From a bacterium (GTDB lineage Bacteria > Muiribacteriota > UBA6191), in NCBI GenBank assembly GCA_036339875.1, contig JAYZAC010000127.1:1-35967 (forward strand): a stretch of 35,967 nt of DNA, given 5' to 3'. Positions 8,768 through 16,674 of the stretch are shown here, piece by piece. The position numbers and the translations under genes are program-made. Each line of letters opens with the position of its first letter. The stretch's first letter is position 1. The notes beneath the pieces are model-generated. The model saw only the letters and a list, made by a program, of their open reading frames with translations, was not told the origin of the DNA and ran no database searches.

Positions 8768-9736
8768 CTAAGACAAAACAGTATTACAAGCTTCAATTAT
8801 TTTTTTAGTGCTGGTACTTAAGTTGTGGGGAAGCTTTGCTCCAGAAGCTTTTGCATGACCTCCACCTCCGAACTGGCCTGCGATTTCGTTGACGTCAACA
8901 GAATTTACGGCGCGAAAAGAGACCTTAGTTAAATTATCGCTAACTTCTCGTAAAAAAACGGCAACTTCCACGTCAGATATTTCAGTTAACCGATTAACTA
9001 AATTCTCAGTATCGTCACAGTTGGTTTGCTCCATCATTGATTTAGTACAATGCATCCATGCCAATGGGCCTTCTTTTTTCATAGTATTCAAAACAAGGGC
9101 TTCCAATTGCAATCTACCATATGATTTCTCCTCGAATAATATTCGAACAATTTGTTCATGGGCAGCTCCTTGTGCCAATAACTTACTGGCAGCGGTGAAG
9201 GTTTCCGGTCGAGTATTGCTAAATCTGAAACGACCAGTATCGGTGAGTATTCCCGTGTAGCAAGCCGTTGCCATATCTGGTGTCCAAGTTACATTCAAGC
9301 CTTCTAATAAGTAGAAAACCATTTCGCAGCTTGCAGAAGCTTTCTCATCCATCAATACAAGGTCTCCGAAGTTTTCATTACTAGTATGGTGGTCGAGATT
9401 TACGACATATGGATTTAACGACTCTATTGACTCTTCGTCGAAACCTAGTCTCGGGATGTTTGGTGCGTCCACTGTCATTAGGACGGTATTTTTATCCTTG
9501 GGTAAATTGTGTGGGATACCTACAGTGATGTGTTCAGCTCCGGGCAAGAAAAGATAGCGCTTCCCTACATCTCCGCTAAGAACCATTCGAACATCTTTAC
9601 CGAGGTTTTTCAGCGCATGATACATGCCCAAAATGCCTCCAATTCCATCTCCATCAGGATCTATGTGAGATGTTAATAAAAATGTGTCTTTTTCACTTAA
9701 AATTTTTCCAAATTTTTGAATACACGCATTCTTCAT
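8768..9736 (-). CDS. nrnA: DHH/DHHA1 family oligoribonuclease / pAp phosphatase
   Basis: HIDPDGDG, DHHTSN, GILTDTGRF, GGGGHAKASG motifs. Confidence 0.92.
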   Translation of the reverse strand: MKNACIQKFGKILSEKDTFLLTSHIDPDGDGIGGILGMYHALKNLGKDVRMVLSGDVGKRYLFLPGAEHITVGIPHNLPKDKNTVLMTVDAPNIPRLGFDEESIESLNPYVVNLDHHTSNENFGDLVLMDEKASASCEMVFYLLEGLNVTWTPDMATACYTGILTDTGRFRFSNTRPETFTAASKLLAQGAAHEQIVRILFEEKSYGRLQLEALVLNTMKKEGPLAWMHCTKSMMEQTNCDDTENLVNRLTEISDVEVAVFLREVSDNLTKVSFRAVNSVDVNEIAGQFGGGGHAKASGAKLPHNLSTSTKKIIEACNTVLS

Positions 9737-9792
9737 TGTTGCCTTTCACTATAATTAGTAACGTTGAGTCTGCAGTTTAGCAAATGTAGAGA

Positions 9793-10623
9793 CTATAATA
9801 GAACGTCGTTGGGGTCATTCCCTATAAATTGCGAAGAGAGGAATATGCTAACTTTTTCTTTCATTTTAGCGATTGCAGGGTCATTGAAACAATCAATCCA
9901 TCCATCCTCGGTTAATTGATCAGCTCCTATCATTAATGCTGAAATATCTAACTTGTAATATTTGCCCAAACTGAAAAGTGCAGCAAGTTCCATTTCGACA
10001 GTCAAACAGACCTTCTTCTGCCAATACAAAAATTTATCTAAAGTTTCACGGTAAGGTGCGTCAGTAGTCCAAGATAGGCCTTGGATGAACTTCATGCCAT
10101 TGGCAGTAAGCTGTCGGTTAATTTCATTTGAATACTTAAAGCTGGCATGTGCAAATATTGATCTTTCTAAATAGTGGAGACTTGTACCTTCGTCTCTGAT
10201 CGCTTGGTCGATCAAATAAAGTGTGCCGGCTGGATGATCTTTTTGTAGTCTTCCGCCCATTCCCAATATTAGAAACTTTTTTATACCGATTGACCGTAAC
10301 TCCTCGAGCCTACAAGCGGCAGCGGGTGCTCCCCACGAAGTTAACGCGATAAAAATATATCCAACTTGGCTGTGTTTCAGAAAAGTTAGCCCAATCTTGT
10401 TGAATTTTTTGATTACTTCAAAATTATTTTTAGTTAAGACATTAATGGTGGTTTGCATCCATTTACGGTCAAAAAAAATTAGACAGGGAGATGTAGGTTC
10501 AAAATCTAAGTCGCGAGCATCAGGACAGATTGAATAAAGTCTTTGTTCCGGTCTAGTAAGTGACGGCTGATCTAGTCTGCCTATTGCTTGCGGAATATCA
10601 ATATAAGCGTTTGGATCGTCCAT
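9793..10623 (-). CDS. nucleoside phosphorylase (PNP/UDP family)
   Basis: GAPAAA..LEEL, AIRDEGTS.HY, WTTDAPYRET, VEMELAA; start at ATG 10623 preceded by GGAGG. Confidence 0.88.
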   Translation of the reverse strand: MDDPNAYIDIPQAIGRLDQPSLTRPEQRLYSICPDARDLDFEPTSPCLIFFDRKWMQTTINVLTKNNFEVIKKFNKIGLTFLKHSQVGYIFIALTSWGAPAAACRLEELRSIGIKKFLILGMGGRLQKDHPAGTLYLIDQAIRDEGTSLHYLERSIFAHASFKYSNEINRQLTANGMKFIQGLSWTTDAPYRETLDKFLYWQKKVCLTVEMELAALFSLGKYYKLDISALMIGADQLTEDGWIDCFNDPAIAKMKEKVSIFLSSQFIGNDPNDVLL

Positions 10624-10709
10624 TGATGATGTCCTCCACGTCAAGAATTATACTTTAGTTTTCGATATCTGACGAGTTACCAGAAAGGAACATTATAGCT
10701 AATAAAAAT

Positions 10710-10726
10710 ATTAGAATGATTCTAAA
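10710..10726. promoter_or_regulatory. Fur-family-like (PerR/Irr-type) 7-1-7 operator, copy 1
   Basis: perfect palindrome TTAGAAT-G-ATTCTAA (10711-10725) in divergent intergenic region. Confidence 0.55.
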
Positions 10727-10794
10727 AATATGTATAAGTAACATATTAGGTCTTAAAATAGTTCAAATTATGAATAATATTTCCGATTTAGGGG

Positions 10795-10823
10795 TTGATA
10801 AGTCGAATATTTAAGTTTAGAAT
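10795..10823 (+). promoter_or_regulatory. sigma70-type promoter of the regulator/kinase pair
   Basis: TTGATA(10795-800)-17 nt-TAGAAT(10818-23). Confidence 0.6.
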
Positions 10824-10832
10824 CAATCTAAT
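10816..10832. promoter_or_regulatory. Fur-family-like 7-1-7 operator, copy 2, overlapping the -10 box
   Basis: TTAGAAT-C-AATCTAA (10817-31); one arm mismatch to copy 1. Confidence 0.5.
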
Positions 10833-10869
10833 AGTTAAAAAAAGAACCAAAATGGACAGGAGAGTGCCC

Positions 10870-12192
10870 GTGAACCAGAAAAGTAAAGTGTTATTAGTAG
10901 AGGAAGATAATTCACTCCGTTCTTCTCTAGGGATGTTTCTGGAGAAAAATGATTGTGATGTTGCTGAGTGCAAAACTGCTGAGGAAGCTTTGTCGTATTT
11001 GGATAAGGGCATTTATGACATGGTCGTTAGTGAGTACCGGCTTCATGGCAAGGATGGTTTGTGGCTACTGAATAGGATTCGGAAAGAATTTCCGGAAACC
11101 AGAGTCGTTCTGATGTCAGCGTATGCAGACGTGACCGTTGCTGTTCAAGCTTTGAAAGATGGGGCAAATGATTTCATTAACAAACCTTTCACACCTCCAA
11201 CGTTCATCGCTAGATGTAACGAGGCCCTAAGTAGTGTCCCGGGAAGGGTTCCAAAGATGCAGCAAGCAGCCGGCAAGGCCCATGATTTTAATGACTTTGT
11301 AGGGCGCTCTTACACCGTGAAGCGAGCCAAAGATTTAATACGTATGTCGGTCGGCCTCCCCAAATCACTATTGTTGACGGGTGATACAGGAACGGGCAAA
11401 GAGTCCGTAGCGCGTGAGATACACAGACAAGCCTGTGGAGATTCGGCCCCATTCGTTAGAGTGAGCTGCGAAGCAAGTGAAGAAGCCGAATTGGAACAGG
11501 ATTTATTTGCATCAGACGGAGGACTTTTACTAGCTGCCGAGGGCGGGACGATTTTTTTGGATGAAGTCGGTAGCTTATCTTTACGTCTCCAGTCTAAATT
11601 ATTAAACATTCTAGAAACGGATAAATTTAGAATTCGAGGGTCTCTGGATGAGCGAGACCTAAATTTACGTTTTCTCTGTAGCTCACGAAAAGATCTCGAA
11701 GAGCTAGTCGATGAGGGAGAATTCAAACCTGAATTATACCATCGTATCAACATGGTTCATCTGAAACTCGAGCCATTGAGGGAAAGAGTCGATGACATAC
11801 CAGTATTGATGGGGTATTTTTTAAGAGGTTTCAATCTCCAAAATGGAAAAGAGATTAAGGGATTTACGAGGTCTGCTTATGAATTTCTTAACAATTATGA
11901 TTGGCCTGGAAACGTGAGAGAATTAAAAAATGTTATTGAAAGATGTGTTCTTTATTGCAACGATGAGTACATTCAAGAGCAGAATGTGCCAGACTCTGTT
12001 AGGAATCCCAAGAGGAGTGATCACGGTCAAATAGGTTTTCAGGGCGTGATGACTCTTCGAGAGATGGAGAGAATGAAGATACTGGAGACATTGCAAGCCT
12101 TTGGCGGCAACCGAGCAACTACTGCCAAAGCTCTTGGTATCGGGCGCAATACTTTGTGGCGAAAGTTAAAAGAATATGAAATCGAAGAATGA
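10870..12192 (+). CDS. atypical NtrC/AtoC-family regulator (receiver-AAA+-Fis HTH) lacking phospho-Asp and GAFTGA
   Basis: Receiver (VLLVEED...MVVSEYRL...FINKPF), Walker A GDTGTGKE, Walker B FLDEV, WPGNVRELKN, HTH TAKALGIGRNTLWRKL; GTG start after AGGAG. Confidence 0.9.
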   Translation: MNQKSKVLLVEEDNSLRSSLGMFLEKNDCDVAECKTAEEALSYLDKGIYDMVVSEYRLHGKDGLWLLNRIRKEFPETRVVLMSAYADVTVAVQALKDGANDFINKPFTPPTFIARCNEALSSVPGRVPKMQQAAGKAHDFNDFVGRSYTVKRAKDLIRMSVGLPKSLLLTGDTGTGKESVAREIHRQACGDSAPFVRVSCEASEEAELEQDLFASDGGLLLAAEGGTIFLDEVGSLSLRLQSKLLNILETDKFRIRGSLDERDLNLRFLCSSRKDLEELVDEGEFKPELYHRINMVHLKLEPLRERVDDIPVLMGYFLRGFNLQNGKEIKGFTRSAYEFLNNYDWPGNVRELKNVIERCVLYCNDEYIQEQNVPDSVRNPKRSDHGQIGFQGVMTLREMERMKILETLQAFGGNRATTAKALGIGRNTLWRKLKEYEIEE

Positions 12193-12937
12193 TGATGATC
12201 AGGTAGGTTCTTACAGATGTGAATCTACAATGATTGGGTGTTTAGCAAACAACTTGCGGAATCCAATCACAACCATACAAACTTGTATGGAGCTTTTGAA
12301 AAAAGAGCCGGGTGATACCTATAGCGAAAAAGATCGTAACGTACTAAATATGGCTATTTTGGAAACTGAGCGACTCTCTGAACTAATTCAGGAGTTGCTT
12401 TTTTGTTCGAGGGAATGTGGAATTGCGCCCACTGAATTTGATTTAGGTCGTGTGGTAGAAGCTGCTCTGCACAAGATGGCCTTCGTAAGCCCACTAAAAT
12501 TGGAAGTTAAGTACAGTGGACTGCCAAACCTAATAGTCAGCGGACATATATTGCAGATCGAGCGTGCTCTAATCAATATACTGACAAACGCGGGCGAGGC
12601 CACTCGTGAGTCTGGCGACGTTCGTGTTACCGTGAACTCTGGTGATCGAGACGGCTTTCACCGAGTGGTTGTCAAGGACAATGGGGTTGGAGTACCAGAG
12701 TACCTCAAAGAGAAATTATTTGAATCTTTTGCTAGCGCTAAAATAGATCATCTTGGTACTGGCTTAACAGTGGCTTATCAAATTATCAAATCTCACGGCG
12801 GAGAGCTGCACTTTAATCCCAGAGTGAGAAAGGGTGCAGAATTCTTTATAGATTTGCCAGCCGTAGGAATAATTGAGAATTTACCCATGGACAGTATAGC
12901 TGCTGTAAGCGAAGCAACGCCTATTCAAAGTCCTTGA
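12176..12937 (+). CDS. sensor-less histidine-kinase-like protein (HisKA + HATPase), phospho-His replaced by Asn
   Basis: LANNLRNPI H-box region, N-box NILTNAGEA, G1 DNGVGV, F-box LFESF, G2 HLGTGL. Confidence 0.85.
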   Translation: MKSKNDDDQVGSYRCESTMIGCLANNLRNPITTIQTCMELLKKEPGDTYSEKDRNVLNMAILETERLSELIQELLFCSRECGIAPTEFDLGRVVEAALHKMAFVSPLKLEVKYSGLPNLIVSGHILQIERALINILTNAGEATRESGDVRVTVNSGDRDGFHRVVVKDNGVGVPEYLKEKLFESFASAKIDHLGTGLTVAYQIIKSHGGELHFNPRVRKGAEFFIDLPAVGIIENLPMDSIAAVSEATPIQSP

Positions 12938-13439
12938 ACATCATACTTGCTTGAATCCCTTTGTTCCCTTGATACTTGGTTTTGTATTCGATTGAGGTAT
13001 CGCCTTTTACGGAATGATAAAAGATTTGGCATATCTCTACGAATGGATAAATCTTTAGTGGGTGGGTAACTAAAATCTCCAATGTCCAATAACCGTTAAA
13101 CCCTACGTCTCCAAAACCGGCACTTACATGAACAAACATTCCTAAGCGTCCAACAGAAGAGCGTCCCTCAAGCATAGGGACGAAGCCGTGAGTGATAGTT
13201 TTTTCATGTGTTCGTCCGAGGTATAGCGTTCCGGGTTCGAGTACAAGGCCAGTTTCTGGAATTTCTAGCTTACTAACAGGGTTTGGCTTTTTCATATCCA
13301 AAGGAAATTGATTATAAATTAGTAATTCGTTGTGAAGTTTGAGATTGTAGGAATTTGGATTGAGCTGATCTTCGTTATATGGTTCAAGAAAAATGTTTTT
13401 ACCAAGTTCTGCTTGAATTTCATCACCGCTCAGGATCAT
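12921..13439 (-). CDS. dcd: dCTP deaminase
   Basis: MILSG.EI, QLNPNSYNLKL, EGRSSVGRLG, GF.GYWTLEI, ICQI, KYQG..G. Confidence 0.93.
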   Translation of the reverse strand: MILSGDEIQAELGKNIFLEPYNEDQLNPNSYNLKLHNELLIYNQFPLDMKKPNPVSKLEIPETGLVLEPGTLYLGRTHEKTITHGFVPMLEGRSSVGRLGMFVHVSAGFGDVGFNGYWTLEILVTHPLKIYPFVEICQIFYHSVKGDTSIEYKTKYQGNKGIQASMMFKDFE

Positions 13440-13493
13440 TTTACCTCCCCAGTAAATCAGAATGTTAGTATATATTTATGTCAGGAAAAAGTC

Positions 13494-13931
13494 ATGGTTC
13501 AAGACCCAAAGTTTATAAAGCAGTTTATTGAGGAATTGCCGGCTGATGATCGTGAAGATTTGAAAAGAATTTTTGCATTGATAGAGTCTTATGCGGAGCC
13601 TCTAACTATCGATGATGTTCGCGAAGTTGCTAGGATAACCTCGCACTCTCCTATTCGAGCTTATCAGCTGTATGAGGAGTATTCGAGAGAGCAACAACTG
13701 GTCGGTCAATTGTTAGTTTGTAATAATCTGACTTGTCTTGGAAAAGGAGCGGGTTTAGTTATTCAAGAACTTGAGCAAAAATCTGAATATTTATCTACAT
13801 TAGGTGTGAATTTGGAATATGTGAAATGTTTAGGTGGGTGTAGTGTGGGTCCGTGTATTTTTTATGACGGTAAGATGTATAGCAATATAGATTCAGAACG
13901 ACTAAACGAATTTCTAGACAACTTAGGTTGA
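13494..13931 (+). CDS. NuoE/HoxE-like thioredoxin-fold [2Fe-2S] protein
   Basis: CNNLTC (Cx4C) and CLGGC..GP (Cx3C) with N-terminal helical domain; start moved to ATG 13494 (AGGA RBS), avoiding overlap with dcd. Confidence 0.8.
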   Translation: MVQDPKFIKQFIEELPADDREDLKRIFALIESYAEPLTIDDVREVARITSHSPIRAYQLYEEYSREQQLVGQLLVCNNLTCLGKGAGLVIQELEQKSEYLSTLGVNLEYVKCLGGCSVGPCIFYDGKMYSNIDSERLNEFLDNLG

Positions 13932-13965
13932 TAAGGCCTAATTCAATTGATTTTTAAAGATATTG

Positions 13966-13981
13966 TATGATGCCTATCACA
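13966..13981. promoter_or_regulatory. possible CRP/FNR-family or Rex-like site upstream of the mrp promoter
   Basis: TATGA-tgccta-TCACA vs TGTGA-N6-TCACA. Confidence 0.35.
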
Positions 13982-14017
13982 TAGGTATCTGTTCGCTCAG
14001 GGACTGATAATTCTCTC

Positions 14018-14046
14018 TTGACAGGGTGCTTTCGTATCTCTATAGT
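14018..14046 (+). promoter_or_regulatory. near-consensus sigma70 promoter of the mrp/mnh operon
   Basis: TTGACA(14018-23)-17 nt-TATAGT(14041-46). Confidence 0.75.
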
Positions 14047-14090
14047 TGGCTCCTGTTAGGTGTGGTAATTGCCACTTGAGACTTCAGGCT

Positions 14091-14594
14091 ATGTCCGTTA
14101 TGCGTTTTACTATTTCTTTTATCATTTTGTTGGCTTTCTGGATTTTGCTATCTGGGAATTTTGATGCATTTCACCTCACGTTGGGCGTAATAAGTACGCT
14201 AGTGGTCACCTTTTGGACAGGTGACATGCTTATCGTGGATTCGAAGCTTCCTATAGGTGCTCGTGTTGCTTTATTGTGGAGATTTGCGCTTTACACGGTG
14301 TGGCTCTTGTGGCAGATAGTTGTTGCAAATTTTCATGTGGTTTACGTAGCTTTGCATCCAAAGATGGAAGATATTCTCGAGCCGCAAATGATAGAATTCA
14401 AGACGGAATTGAAGACTGACTTAGCTAAATTCGTGTTGGCGAATTCGATCACATTAACGCCAGGTACAGTCACGGTTCGTATAGAAAATGGCATCTTTTT
14501 GATACATGCACTTACAAATCACACTGCTGCGGGGGTCCCAGGGGACATGGAAAAGCGAATTCAGCAAATTTTTGAGAGGAATCATAATGAATAA
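14091..14594 (+). CDS. mnhE: Na+/H+ antiporter subunit E
   Basis: FWILLSG, LANSITLTPGTVTV, IHAL; start ATG 14091 or 14100. Confidence 0.93.
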   Translation: MSVMRFTISFIILLAFWILLSGNFDAFHLTLGVISTLVVTFWTGDMLIVDSKLPIGARVALLWRFALYTVWLLWQIVVANFHVVYVALHPKMEDILEPQMIEFKTELKTDLAKFVLANSITLTPGTVTVRIENGIFLIHALTNHTAAGVPGDMEKRIQQIFERNHNE

Positions 14595-14910
14595 TTTTTT
14601 TCTAGGTAGCGGCCTAGCACTGATATTCATGATGCTACTAGTTTTAATAAGAATGTTGAAGGGGCCTACCGTCATAGATCGGCTAGTTGCTGTGAACGTT
14701 ATCGGTACTAAGGCAGCAGTTTTGCTTGTGATTATGGGCATTGTTTTCCAGCGTGTTGAAATGTTCGTTGATATAGCCCTTGGATATGGGTTACTAAACT
14801 TCATAACTTCAATCGCTGCGGCAAAATATTACCACCATCATGGTTCTCATCATCCCGAAATACAGTGGGAGGGTGAGTCCCGTCACTTAGATAGGGGTGA
14901 AAATGCTTGA
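14587..14910 (+). CDS. mnhF: Na+/H+ antiporter subunit F
   Basis: RMLKGPTVIDRLVA, DIAL.YGLLNF; ATG 14587 after GAGG. Confidence 0.92.
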   Translation: MNNFFLGSGLALIFMMLLVLIRMLKGPTVIDRLVAVNVIGTKAAVLLVIMGIVFQRVEMFVDIALGYGLLNFITSIAAAKYYHHHGSHHPEIQWEGESRHLDRGENA

Positions 14911-15244
14911 GTCTCTAGTGTCGATACTTATTGTGATATGTATGTTAATGGGATTATTTTTCTTTTTGGGTGCGAGTGTAGGAATCTTAAGATTTCCAGG
15001 GTTTTATACTCGTATGCACGCCGCCGGTAAAGCGGATACATTGTCTTCTATTTTAATTCTGCTTGGTTGCGCTATCTACGTACTCTCATTAAATGGCATA
15101 GGTTTTTTATCGATTTTGTTGGCTTTAAAAATCATATTAGTAGCTGCTTTCATCTTCGTAGGTAGCCCTACAGCAACCCACGCTATGATGGATGCTGGAT
15201 TTGAAACTGAGGTAAGTCGATGGCGTAAGGAGGGCGATAAATGA
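14903..15244 (+). CDS. mnhG: Na+/H+ antiporter subunit G
   Basis: GILRFPGFYTRMHAAGKADTL, SPTATHA; start ATG 14903 or GTG 14897. Confidence 0.93.
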   Translation: MLESLVSILIVICMLMGLFFFLGASVGILRFPGFYTRMHAAGKADTLSSILILLGCAIYVLSLNGIGFLSILLALKIILVAAFIFVGSPTATHAMMDAGFETEVSRWRKEGDK

Positions 15245-15486
15245 TTTGGCCTTATGATTTTGGTTTACTTCTCCTCGTTGTAATTACTGCGATTCTTGCC
15301 TTGAATTTGCGTGATTTGATGGGGGCTTCAATTGTTTTTGGTACTTATAGTTTTTTAATGTGTCTTTTGTGGACAGCAATGGCGGCAGTGGATGTAGCTT
15401 TTACGGAGGCGGCAGTTGGTGCTGGCGTAAGTACGGTATTTTTCATAGCAACTGCATACAATATTAAAAAAGAGGCAAAAGATTGA
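15241..15486 (+). CDS. DUF4040/MbhD-like antiporter subunit (stand-alone piece of MrpA C-terminal region)
   Basis: A.DVAFTEAAVGAGVSTV motif; 3 TM; ATGA-type overlap. Confidence 0.88.
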   Translation: MIWPYDFGLLLLVVITAILALNLRDLMGASIVFGTYSFLMCLLWTAMAAVDVAFTEAAVGAGVSTVFFIATAYNIKKEAKD

Positions 15487-16247
15487 AAGTTTTATCATTA
15501 ATTATAGCTCTAGTAATGGGCGCCTTGCTGACGGTAATTCTGGACGACTTACCGGCTTGGGGGGATGCACAGTCGCCTGCTAATGCTCATGTTTCTGCTT
15601 ATTATCTGGAGAACGCTTATAAGCAGACTCATGTGCCTAACGTTGTCACAGCAGTTCTAGCAGATTATCGGGGATTTGATACTATGTTTGAAACAGGTGT
15701 CGTCTTCGTAGCGGTAATAGGAATTATGGCTATTCTTCGCAGAGAAGGCGTGCCAAAGGGGGCCAAATCTCGAAAAAGGCCTCCTCATCAACCACCAGAT
15801 CCTGCAATTACTGGGGTAGCTACTCGATTTATAGTTCCGTTTATGCAGATATTTGGTTTGTATGTTATCGCTCATGGTCATTATAGTCCGGGTGGTGGCT
15901 TTCAAGGTGGCGTAATTTTGGGGGCAAGTGTAATTCTAATGGCTATGACAGGAGAATTAAAATCTGCATTGAATCGTATGTCAGAGGATTGGTTCATAAT
16001 AATGGTAGGGCTGGGTTTTCTTATTTTTGCGGGAGTTGGTCTGGCTTGTATGTTTTATGGTGGAAACTTTCTAGATTACAGTGCGCTTGCGCCATTGTTT
16101 AGTGGTACACCCCAAGAAGCGGCTATTACTGCAAGGTATCATGCCATGCTATGGGTTGAGATAGGGGTTGGTTTCACAGTTATGAGTTCGATGTTTGCGA
16201 TATACACCTACCTAGCATCAGATGGATGGATGGACCGTGGTTTGTAG
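15483..16247 (+). CDS. mnhB: Na+/H+ antiporter subunit B (MbhE-like + MnhB domains)
   Basis: NVVTAVLADYRGFDTMFE and HGHYSPGGGFQGG motifs. Confidence 0.92.
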   Translation: MKVLSLIIALVMGALLTVILDDLPAWGDAQSPANAHVSAYYLENAYKQTHVPNVVTAVLADYRGFDTMFETGVVFVAVIGIMAILRREGVPKGAKSRKRPPHQPPDPAITGVATRFIVPFMQIFGLYVIAHGHYSPGGGFQGGVILGASVILMAMTGELKSALNRMSEDWFIIMVGLGFLIFAGVGLACMFYGGNFLDYSALAPLFSGTPQEAAITARYHAMLWVEIGVGFTVMSSMFAIYTYLASDGWMDRGL

Positions 16248-16255
16248 AGGTTTGT

Positions 16256-16639
16256 ATGGAATGGTTGCAGATAAACTATAATTATTTATTGGTCATCGTG
16301 TTGCTTATGATTGGATTGTGGGCAATGATCGGGAAGAATAATCTGGTCAAAAAATGCATAGGAATGTGCATTTTTCAAAATGCTATTATTATGTTTTTCA
16401 TATCTATGGGCGTTAAGGCTGGTTCAACAATCCCCATATTAAACTATACAAAAATTGATGGTGTTAAAACATACCTGACAGAGGCGTCAATGTATGCTAA
16501 TCCATTAACTCAGATACTTATGCTTACTGCTATTGTGGTGGGTGTTGCTACTCTTGGTATGGCATTAACCTTGGTTCAAAAAATATACAGTGAATACGGA
16601 ACGTGTGAAGAAGACGAAATCCTTGAAAAGCTTAATTAA
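16256..16639 (+). CDS. mnhC: Na+/H+ antiporter subunit C
   Basis: NLVKK.IG, NPL.Q.LMLTAIVVGVAT, YGT.EEDEI; ATG 16256 after GAGG. Confidence 0.93.
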   Translation: MEWLQINYNYLLVIVLLMIGLWAMIGKNNLVKKCIGMCIFQNAIIMFFISMGVKAGSTIPILNYTKIDGVKTYLTEASMYANPLTQILMLTAIVVGVATLGMALTLVQKIYSEYGTCEEDEILEKLN

Positions 16640-16674
16640 GCGGATTTCATAAATGCAATAGAGATGATTTAGCT

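Noticed and set aside
13332..13493. Long N-terminal extension of the NuoE-like ORF
   Set aside because: Overlaps dcd on the opposite strand; ATG 13494 has an RBS. Extensions for mnhE, mnhF, mnhC, mnhD2, actDE and the regulator were trimmed on similar grounds
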